Shown here piece after piece: positions 52,201 through 64,000 of a stretch of 64,000 nucleotides of DNA. Below the pieces are notes generated by a model. It saw only the letters and a program-made list of their open reading frames with translations, made no database searches and was not told the DNA's origin. The position numbers and the translations under genes were made by a program. Numbering within the stretch: position 1 is the first letter of the stretch; the number at the start of each line of letters is the position of its first letter. Origin of the DNA: Eledone cirrhosa (taxonomy: Eukaryota); NCBI GenBank assembly GCA_964016885.1, contig OZ024742.1, positions 292,950,001 to 293,014,000 of the forward strand, given 5' to 3'.

Positions 52201-55200
52201 ACACACTGTAAAGTGACAGTACTGGTGTCATGATAAAATGCACTTACTACGCACTGTAAAGTGACAGTACTAGTGTCATGATAAAATGCACTTACTACGC
52301 ACTGTAAAGTGACAGTACTGGTGTCATGATAAAATGCACTTACTACACACTGTAAAGTGACAGTACTGGTGTCATGATAAAATGCACTTACTACACACTG
52401 TAAAGTGGTAGTACTGGTGTCATGATAAAATGCACTTACTACACACTGTAAAGTGACAGTACTGGTGTCATGATAAAATGCACTTACTACACACTGTAAA
52501 GTGACAGTACTGGTGTCATGATAAAATGCACTTACTACACACTGTAAAGTGGTAGTACTGGTGTCACTATAAAATGCACTTACTACACACTGTAAAGTGA
52601 CAGTACTGGTGTCATGATAAAATGCACTTACTACCCACTGTAAAGTGACAGTACTGGTGTCATGATAAAATGCACTTACTACACACTGTAAAGTGACAAT
52701 ACTGGTGTCATGATAAAATGCACTTACTACACACTGTAAAGTGACAGTACTGGTGTCATGATAAAATGCACTTACTACACACTGTAAAGTGACAGTACTG
52801 GTGTCATGATAAAATGCACTTACTACACACTGTAAATTGGTAGTACTGGTGTCATAATAAAATGCACTTACTACACACTGTAAAGTGGTAGTACTGGTGA
52901 CATGATAAAATGCACTTACTACACACTGTAAAGTGGTAGTACTGGTGTCACTATAAAATGCACTTACTACACACTGTAAAGTGACAGTACTGGTGTCATG
53001 ATAAAATGCACTTACTACCCACTGTAAAGTGACAGTACTGGTGTCATGATAAAATGCACTTACTACACACTGTAAAGTGACAATACTGGTGTCATGATAA
53101 AATGCACTTACTACACACTGTAAAGTGACAGTACTGGTGTCTTGATAAAATGCACTTAGTACACACTGTAAATTGGTAGTACTGGTGTCATAATAAAATG
53201 CACTTACTACACACTGTAAAGTGGTAGTACTGGTGTCATGATAAAATGCACTTACTACACACTGTAAAGTGGTAGTACTGGTGTCATGATAAAATGCACT
53301 TATTACACACTGTGAAGTGGTAGTACTGGTGTCATGATAAAATGCACTTACTACACACTGTAAAGTGGTAGTACTGGTGTCATGACAAAATGCACTTACT
53401 ACGCACTGTAAAGTGACAGTACTGGTGTCATGACAAAATGCACTTACTACACACTGTAAGGTGACAGTACTGGTGTCATGATAAAATGCACTTACTACAC
53501 ACTGTAAAGTGACAGTACTGGTGTCATGATAAAATGCACTTACTACACGCTGTAAAGTGACAGTACTGGTGTCATGATAAAATGCATTTACTACACGCTG
53601 TAAAGTGACAGTACTGGTGACATGATAAAATGCACTTACTACACACTGTAAAGTGACAGTACTGGTGCCATGATAAAATGCACTTACTACGCACTGTAAA
53701 GTGACAGTACTGGTGCCATGATAAAATGCACTTACTACGCACTGTAAAGTGACAGTACTGGTGTCATGATAAAATGCACTTACTACACACTGTAAAGTGA
53801 CAGTACTGGTGTCATGATAAAATGCACTTACTACACACTGTAAAGTGACAGTACTGTTGTCATGATAAAATGCACTTAGTACACACTGTAAAGTGACAGT
53901 ACTGGTGTCATGATAAAATGCACTTACTACGCACTGTAAAGTGTCAGTACTGGTGTCATGATAAAATGCACTTACTATGAACTGTAAAGTGACAGTACTG
54001 GTGTCATGATAAAATGCACTTACTACACACTGTAAAGTGACAGTACTGGTGTCATGATAAAATGCACTTACTACACACTGTAAATTGGTAGTACTGGTGT
54101 CATAATAAAATGCACTTACTACACACTGTAAAGTGGTAGTACTGGTGTCATGATAAAATGCACTTACTACACACTGTAAAGTGGTAGTACTGGTGTCACT
54201 ATAAAATGCACTTACTACACACTGTAAAGTGACAGTACTGGTGTCATGATAAAATGCACTTACTACCCACTGTAAAGTGACAGTACTGGTGTCATGATAA
54301 AATGCACTTACTACACACTGTAAAGTGACAATACTGGTGTCATGATAAAATGCACTTACTACACACTGTAAAGTGACAGTACTGGTGTCATGATAAAATG
54401 CACTTAGTACACACTGTAAAGTGACAGTACTGGTGTCATACTAAAATGCACTTACTACACACTGTAAATTGGTAGTACTGGTGTCATAATAAAATGCACT
54501 TACTACACACTGTAAAGTGGTAGTACTGGTGTCATGATAAAATGCACTTACTACACACTGTAAAGTGGTAGTACTGGTGTCATGATAAAATGCACTTATT
54601 ACACACTGTGAAGTGGTAGTACTGGTGTCATGATAAAATGCACTTACTACACACTGTAAAGTGGTAGTACTGGTGTCATGACAAAATGCACTTACTACGC
54701 ACTGTAAAGTGACAGTACTGGTGTCATGACAAAATGCACTTACTACACACTGTAAGGTGACAGTACTGGTGTCATGATAAAATGCACTTACTACACACTG
54801 TAAAGTGACAGTACTGGTGTCATGATAAAATGCACTTACTACACGCTGTAAAGTGACAGTACTGGTGTCATGATAAAATGCATTTACTACACGCTGTAAA
54901 GTGACAGTACTGGTGACATGATAAAATGCACTTACTACACACTGTAAAGTGACAGTACTGGTGCCATGATAAAATGCACTTACTACGCACTGTAAAGTGA
55001 CAGTACTGGTGCCATGATAAAATGCACTTACTACGCACTGTAAAGTGACAGTACTGGTGTCATGATAAAATGCACTTACTACACACTGTAAAGTGACAGT
55101 ACTGGTGTCATGATAAAATGCACTTACTACACACTGTAAAGTGACAGTACTGTTGTCATGATAAAATGCACTTAGTACACACTGTAAAGTGACAGTACTG

Positions 55201-58200
55201 GTGTCATGATAAAATGCACTTACTACGCACTGTAAAGTGTCAGTACTGGTGTCATGATAAAATGCACTTACTATGAACTGTAAAGTGACAGTACTGGTGT
55301 CATGATAAAATGCACTTACTACACACTGTAAAGTGACAGTACAGGTGTCATGATAAAATGCACTTACTACACACTGTAAAGTGACAGTACTGGTGTCATG
55401 ATAAAATGCACTTACTACACACTGTAAAGTGGTAGTACTGGTGTCATGATAAAATGCACTTACTACACACTGTAAATTGGTAGTACTGGTGTCATAATAA
55501 GATGCACTTACTACACGCTGTAAAGTGGTAGTACTGGTGTCATGATAAAATGCACTTACGACACACTGTAAAGTGGTAGTACTGGTGTCATGATAAAATG
55601 CACTTACTACACACTGTAAAGTGGTAGTACTGGTGTCATGATAAAATGCACTTACTACACACTGTAAAGTGGTAGTACTGGTGTCATGATAAAATGCACT
55701 TACTACACACTGTAAAGTGACAGTACTGGTGTCATGATAAAATGCACTTACTATGCACTGTAAAGTGACAGTACTGGTGTCATGATAAAATGCACTTACT
55801 ACACACTGTAAAGTGACAGTACTGGTGTCATGATAAAATGCACTTACTACACACTGTAAAGTGGTAGTACTGGTGTCATGATAAAATGCACTTACGACAC
55901 ACTGTAAAGTGGTAGTACTGGTGTCATGATAAAATGCACTTACTACACTGTAAAGTGGTAGTACTGGTGTCACTATAAAATGCACTTACTACACACTGTA
56001 AAGTGACAGTACTGGTGTCATGATAAAATGCACTTACTACCCACTGTGAAGTGACAGTACTGGTGTCATGATAAAATGCACTTAGTACACACTGTAAAGT
56101 GACAGTACTGGTGTCATAATCAAATGCACTTACTACACACTGTAAATTGGTAGTACTGGTGTCATAATAAAATGCACTTACTACACACTGTAAAGTGGTA
56201 GTACTGGTGTCATGATAAAATGCACTTATTACACACTGTAAAGTGGTAGTACTGGTGTCATGATAAAATGCACTTACTACACACTGTAAAGTGACTGTAC
56301 TGGTGTCATGATAAAATGCACTTACTACACACTGTAAAGTGACAGTACTGGTGTCATGATAAAATGCACTTACTACACACTGTAAAGTGACAGTACTGGT
56401 GTCATGATAAAATGCAGTTACTACACACTGTAAAGTGGTGGTACTGGTGTCATGATAAAATGCACTTACGACACACGGTAAAGTGGCAGTACTGGTGTCT
56501 TAATAAAATGCACTTACTACACACTGTAAAGTGGTAGTACTGGTGTCATGATAAAATGCACTTACTACACACTGTAAAGTGGTAGTACTGGTGTCATGAT
56601 AAAATGCACTTACTACACACTGTAAAGTGACAGTACTGGTGTCATGATAAAATGCACTTACTACACACTGTAAAGTGGTAGTACTGGTGTCATGATAAAA
56701 TGCACTTACTACACACTGTAAAGTGACAGTACTGGTGTCATGATAAAATGCACTTACTACACACTGTAAAGTGACAGTACTGGTGTCATGATAAAATGCA
56801 CTTACTACACACTGTAAAGTGGTAGTACTGGTGTCACTATAAAATGCACTTACTACACACTGTAAAGTGACAGTACTGGTGTCATGATAAAATGCACTTA
56901 CTACCCACTGTAAAGTGACAGTACTGGTGTCATGATAAAATGCACTTACTACACACTGTAAAGTGACAATACTGGTGTCATGATAAAATGCACTTACTAC
57001 ACACTGTAAAGTGACAGTACTGGTGTCATGATAAAATGCACTTAGTACACACTGTAAAGTGACAGTACTGGTGTCATACTAAAATGCACTTACTACACAC
57101 TGTAAATTGGTAGTACTGGTGTCATAATAAAATGCACTTACTACACACTGTAAAGTGGTAGTACTGGTGTCATGATTAAATGCACTTACTACACACTGTA
57201 AAGTGGTAGTACTGGTGTCACTATAAAATACACTTACTACACACTGTAAAGTGGTAGTACTGGTGTCATGATAAAATGCACTTACTACACACTGTAAATT
57301 GGTAGTACTGGTGTCATAATAAAATGCACTTACTACACGCTGTAAAGTGGTAGTACTGGTGTCATGATAAAATGCACTTACGACACACGGTAAAATGACA
57401 GTACTGGTGTCATGATAAAATACACTTACTACACACTGTAAAGTGGTAGTACTGGTGTCATGATAAAATGCACTTACGACACACGGTAAAATGACAGTAC
57501 TGGTGTCATGATAAAATACACTTACTACACACTGTAAAGTGGTAGTACTGGTGTCATGATAAAATGCACTTACTACACACTGTAAAGTGACAGTACTGGT
57601 GTCATGATAAAATGCACTTAGTACACACTGTAAAGTGGTAGTACTGGTGTCATGATAAAATGCACTTACGACACACTGTAAAGTGACAGTACAGGTGTCA
57701 TGATAAAATGCACTTACTACGCACTGTAAAGTGTAGTACTGGTGTCATGATAAAATACACTTACGACACTGTAAAGTGGTAGTACTAGTGTCAAGATAAA
57801 ATGCACTTACTACACACTGTAAAGTGACAGTACTGGTGTTATGATAAAATGCACTTACTACGCACTGTAAAGTGACAGTACTGGTGTCATGATAAAATGC
57901 ACTTACTACACACTGTAAAGTGACAGTACTGGTGTCATGATAAAATGCACTTACTACACACTGTAAAGTGGTAGTACTGGTGTCATGATAAAATGCACTT
58001 ACGACACACTGTAAAGTGGTAGTACTGGTGTCATGATAAAATGCACTTACTACGCACTGTAAAGTGGTAGTACTGGTGTCATGATAAAATGCACTTACTA
58101 CACACTGTAAAGTGACAGTACTGGTGTCATAATAAAATGCACTTACTACACACTGTAAAGTGGTAGTACTGGTGTCATGATAAAATGCACTTACTACGCA

Positions 58201-61200
58201 CTGTAAAGTGGCAGTACTGGTGTCTTAATAAAATGCACTTACTACACACTGTAAAGTGGTAGTACTGGTGTCATGATAAAATGCACTTACTACACACTGT
58301 AAAGTGGTAGTACTGGTGTCATGATAAAATGCACTTACTACACACTGTAAAGTGACAGTACTGGTGTCATGATAAAATGCACTTACTACACACTGTAAAG
58401 TGGTAGTACTGGTGTCATGATAAAATGCACTTACTACACACTGTAAAGTGACAGTACTGGTGTCATGATAAAATGCACTTACTACACACTGTAAAGTGAC
58501 AGTACTGGTGTCATGATAAAATGCACTTACTACGCACTGTAAAGTGACAGTACTAGTGTCATGATAAAATGCACTTACTACACACTGTAAAGTGACAGTA
58601 CTGGTGTCATAATAAAATGCACTTACTACACACTGTAAAGTGGCAGTACTGGTGTCTTAATAAAATGCACTTACTACACACTGTAAAGTGGTAGTACGGG
58701 TGTCATGATAAAATGCACTTACTACACACTGTAAAGTGGTAGTACTGGTGTCATGATAAAATGCACTTACTACGCACTGTAAAGTGGCAGTACTGGTGTC
58801 TTAATAAAATGCACTTACTACACACTGTAAAGTGGTAGTACTGGTGTCATGATAAAATGCACTTACTACACACTGTAAAGTGGTAGTACTGGTGTCATGA
58901 TAAAATGCACTTACTACACACTGTAAAGTGACAGTACTGGTGTCATGATAAAATGCACTTATTACACACTGTAAAGTGGTAGTACTGGTGTCATGATAAA
59001 ATGCACTTACTACACACTGTAAAGTGACAGTACTGGTGTCATGATAAAATGCACTTACTACACACTGTAAAGTGACAGTACTGGTGTCATGATAAAATGC
59101 ACTTACTACGCACTGTAAAGTGACAGTACTAGTGTCATGATAAAATGCACTTACTACGCACTGTAAAGTGACAGTACTGGTGTCATGATAAAATGCACTT
59201 ACTACACACTGTAAAGTGACAGTACTGGTGTCATGATAAAATGCACTTACTACACACTGTAAAGTGGTAGTACTGGTGTCATGATAAAATGCACTTACTA
59301 CACACTGTAAAGTGACAGTACTGGTGTCATGATAAAATGCACTTACTACACACTGTAAAGTGACAGTACTGGTGTCATGATAAAATGCACTTACTACACA
59401 CTGTAAAGTGGTAGTACTGGTGTCACTATAAAATGCACTTACTACACACTGTAAAGTGACAGTACTGGTGTCATGATAAAATGCACTTACTACCCACTGT
59501 AAAGTGACAGTACTGGTGTCATGATAAAATGCACTTACTACACACTGTAAAGTGACAATACTGGTGTCATGATAAAATGCACTTACTACACACTGTAAAG
59601 TGACAGTACTGGTGTCATGATAAAATGCACTTACTACACACTGTAAAGTGACAGTACTGGTGTCATGATAAAATGCACTTACTACACACTGTAAATTGGT
59701 AGTACTGGTGTCATAATAAAATGCACTTACTACACACTGTAAAGTGGTAGTACTGGTATCATGATAAAATGCACTTACTACACACTGTAAAGTGGTAGTA
59801 CTGGTGTCACTATAAAATGCACTTACTACACACTGTAAAGTGACAGTACTGGTGTCATGATAAAATGCACTTACTACCCACTGTAAAGTGACAGTACTGG
59901 TGTCATGATAAAATGCACTTACTACACACTGTAAAGTGACAATACTGGTGTCATGATAAAATGCACTTACTACACACTGTAAAGTGACAGTACTGGTGTC
60001 ATGATAAAATGCACTTAGTACACACTGTAAAGTGACAGTACTGGTGTCATACTAAAATGCACTTACTACACACTGTAAATTGGTAGTACTGGTGTCATAA
60101 TAAAATGCACTTACTACACACTGTAAAGTGGTAGTACTGGTGTCATGATAAAATGCACTTACTACACACTGTAAAGTGGTAGTACTGGTGTCATGATAAA
60201 ATGCACTTATTACACACTGTGAAGTGGTAGTACTGGTGTCATGATAAAATGCACTTACTACACACTGTAAAGTGGTAGTACTGGTGTCATGACAAAATGC
60301 ACTTACTACGCACTGTAAAGTGACAGTACTGGTGTCATGACAAAATGCACTTACTACACACTGTAAGGTGACAGTACTGGTGTCATGATAAAATGCACTT
60401 ACTACACACTGTAAAGTGACAGTACTGGTGTCATGATAAAATGCACTTACTACACGCTGTAAAGTGACAGTACTGGTGTCATGATAAAATGCATTTACTA
60501 CACGCTGTAAAGTGACAGTACTGGTGACATGATAAAATGCACTTACTACACACTGTAAAGTGACAGTACTGGTGCCATGATAAAATGCACTTACTACGCA
60601 CTGTAAAGTGACAGTACTGGTGCCATGATAAAATGCACTTACTACGCACTGTAAAGTGACAGTACTGGTGTCATGATAAAATGCACTTACTACACACTGT
60701 AAAGTGACAGTACTGGTGTCATGATAAAATGCACTTACTACACACTGTAAAGTGACAGTACTGTTGTCATGATAAAATGCACTTAGTACACACTGTAAAG
60801 TGACAGTACTGGTGTCATGATAAAATGCACTTACTACGCACTGTAAAGTGTCAGTACTGGTGTCATGATAAAATGCACTTACTATGAACTGTAAAGTGAC
60901 AGTACTGGTGTCATGATAAAATGCACTTACTACACACTGTAAAGTGACAGTACAGGTGTCATGATAAAATGCACTTACTACACACTGTAAAGTGACAGTA
61001 CTGGTGTCATGATAAAATGCACTTACTACACACTGTAAAGTGGTAGTACTGGTGTCATGATAAAATGCACTTACTACACACTGTAAATTGGTAGTACTGG
61101 TGTCATAATAAGATGCACTTACTACACTCTGTAAAGTGGTAGTACTGGTGTCATGATAAAATGCACTTACGACACACTGTAAAGTGGTAGTACTGGTGTC

Positions 61201-64000
61201 ATGATAAAATGCACTTACTACACACTGTAAAGTGGTAGTACTGGTGTCATGATAAAATGCACTTACTACACACTGTAAAGTGGTAGTACTGGTGTCACTA
61301 TAAAATGCACTTACTACACACTGTAAAGTGACAGTACTGGTGTCATGATAAAATGCACTTACTACCCACTGTAAAGTGACAGTACTGGTGTCATGATAAA
61401 ATGCACTTACTACACACTGTAAAGTGACAATACTGGTGTCATGATAAAATGCACTTACTACACACTGTAAAGTGACAGTACTGGTGTCATGATAACATGC
61501 ACTTAGTACACACTGTAAAGTGACAGTACTGGTGTCATACTAAAATGCACTTACTACACACTGTAAATTGGTAGTACTGGTGTCATAATAAAATGCACTT
61601 ACTACACACTGTAAAGTGGTAGTACTGGTGTCATGATAAAATGCACTTACTACACACTGTAAAGTGGTAGTACTGGTGTCATGATAAAATGCACTTATTA
61701 CACACTGTGAAGTGGTAGTACTGGTGTCATGATAAAATGCACTTACTACACACTGTAAAGTGGTAGTACTGGTGTCATGACAAAATGCACTTACTACGCA
61801 CTGTAAAGTGACAGTACTGGTGTCATGACAAAATGCACTTACTACACACTGTAAGGTGACAGTACTGGTGTCATGATAAAATGCACTTACTACACACTGT
61901 AAAGTGACAGTACTGGTGTCATGATAAAATGCACTTACTACACGCTGTAAAGTGACAGTACTGGTGTCATGATAAAATGCATTTACTACACGCTGTAAAG
62001 TGACAGTACTGGTGACATGATAAAATGCACTTACTACACACTGTAAAGTGACAGTACTGGTGCCATGATAAAATGCACTTACTACGCACTGTAAAGTGAC
62101 AGTACTGGTGCCATGATAAAATGCACTTACTACGCACTGTAAAGTGACAGTACTGGTGTCATGATAAAATGCACTTACTACACACTGTAAAGTGACAGTA
62201 CTGGTGTCATGATAAAATGCACTTACTACACACTGTAAAGTGACAGTACTGTTGTCATGATAAAATGCACTTAGTACACACTGTAAAGTGACAGTACTGG
62301 TGTCATGATAAAATGCACTTACTACGCACTGTAAAGTGTCAGTACTGGTGTCATGATAAAATGCACTTACTATGAACTGTAAAGTGACAGTACTGGTGTC
62401 ATGATAAAATGCACTTACTACACACTGTAAAGTGACAGTACTGGTGTCATGATAAAATGCACTTACTACACACTGTAAAGTGGTAGTACTGGTGTCATGA
62501 TAAAATGCACTTACTACACACTGTAAATTGGTAGTACTGGTGTCATAATAAGATGCACTTACTACACTCTGTAAAGTGGTAGTACTGGTGTCATGATAAA
62601 ATGCACTTACGACACACTGTAAAGTGGTAGTACTGGTGTCATGATAAAATGCACTTACTACACACTGTAAAGTGGTAGTACTGGTGTCATGATAAAATGC
62701 ACTTACTACACACTGTAAAGTGGTAGTACTGGTGTCATGATAAAATGCACTTACTACACACTGTAAAGTGACAGTACTGGTGTCATGATAAAATGCACTT
62801 ACTACGCACTGTAAAGTGACAGTACTGGTGTCATGATAAAATGCACTTACTACACACTGTAAAGTGACAGTACTGGTGTCATGATAAAATGCACTTACTA
62901 CACACTGTAAAGTGGTAGTACTGGTGTCATGATAAAATGCACTTACGACACACTGTAAAGTGGTAGTACTGGTGTCATGATAAAATGCACTTACTACGCA
63001 CTGTAAAGTGGTAGTACTGGTGTCATGATAAAATGCACTTACGACACACTGTAAAGTGACAGTACAGGTGTCATGATAAAATGCACTTACTACGCACTGT
63101 AAAGTGTAGTACTGGTGTCATGATAAAATGCACTTACGACACACTGTAAAATGGTAGTACTGGTGTCATGATAAAATGCACTTACTACACACTGTAAAGT
63201 GACAGTACTGGTGTCATGATAAAATGCACTTACTACGCACTGTAAAGTGACAGTACTGGTGTCATGATAAAATGCACTTACTACACACTGTAAAGTGACA
63301 GTACTGGTGTCATGATAAAATGCACTTACTACACACTGTAAAGTGGTAGTACTGGTGTCATGATAAAATGCACTTACTACACACTGTAAAGTGACAGTAC
63401 TGGTGTCATGATAAAATGCACTTACTACACACTGTAAAGTGACAGTACTGGTGTCATGATAAAATGCACTTACTACACACTGTAAAGTGACAGTACTGGT
63501 GTCATGATAAAATGCACTTAATACACACTGTAAAGTGACAGTACTGGTGTCATGATAAATTGCACTTACTACACACTGTAAAGTGGTAGTACTGGTGTCA
63601 TGATAAAATGCACTTACTACACACTGTAAAGTGGTAGTACTGGTCTCATGATAAAATGCACTTACTACACACTGTAAAGTGACAGTACTGGTGTCATGAT
63701 AAAATGCACTTACTACACACTGTAAAGTGACAGTACTGGTGTCATGATAAAATGCACTTACTACACTGTAAAGTGGTAGTACTGGTGTCACTATAAAATG
63801 CACTTACTACACACTGTAAAGTGACAGTACTGGTGTCATGATAAAATGCACTTACTACCCACTGTGAAGTGACAGTACTGGTGTCATGATAAAATGCACT
63901 TAGTACACACTGTAAAGTGACAGTACTGGTGTCATAATCAAATGCACTTACTACACACTGTAAATTGGTAGTACTGGTGTCATAATAAAATGCACTTACT
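49270..64000. repeat. Satellite B, 48-bp monomer (ACACTGTAAAGTG[GT/AC]AGTACTGGTGTCATGATAAAATGCACTTACTAC), intronic, continues past the window
   Basis: Period 48 (49321 vs 49369), about 300 units. Confidence 0.98.

Noticed and set aside
54441-55985. 514-aa repetitive ORF (and the 237-aa ORF at 63090-63803)
   Set aside because: Artefact of a 48-bp monomer (multiple of 3) that lacks stops in one minus-strand frame; no other coding evidence

Overview
AT-rich, repeat-dominated eukaryotic DNA. It is most likely a cephalopod (Octopus-like), inferred from the tandem TGEKPY C2H2 gene and the tRNA-SINE families. Both ends are satellite arrays. A 55-bp array (1-18,045) carries higher-order repeats, a young Tx1/L1-clade LINE insertion and two duplicated CR1-type fragments. 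A 48-bp array (49,270 to window end) lies in an intron of a riboflavin-transporter (SLC52-like) gene. The middle holds a decayed near-full-length RTE LINE, two Penelope-like (PLE) RT fragments, a non-autonomous Helitron, TTAA-flanked piggyBac-type MITEs, SINEs and an 11-finger C2H2 zinc-finger gene. The most striking feature is a cluster of (TA)n-embedded fold-back (inverted-repeat) elements at 19-34.7 kb. Most belong to different sequence families, most carry a type I hammerhead-ribozyme motif in the arm, and several inversion breakpoints fall inside the ribozyme. All alignments and folds were done by eye.
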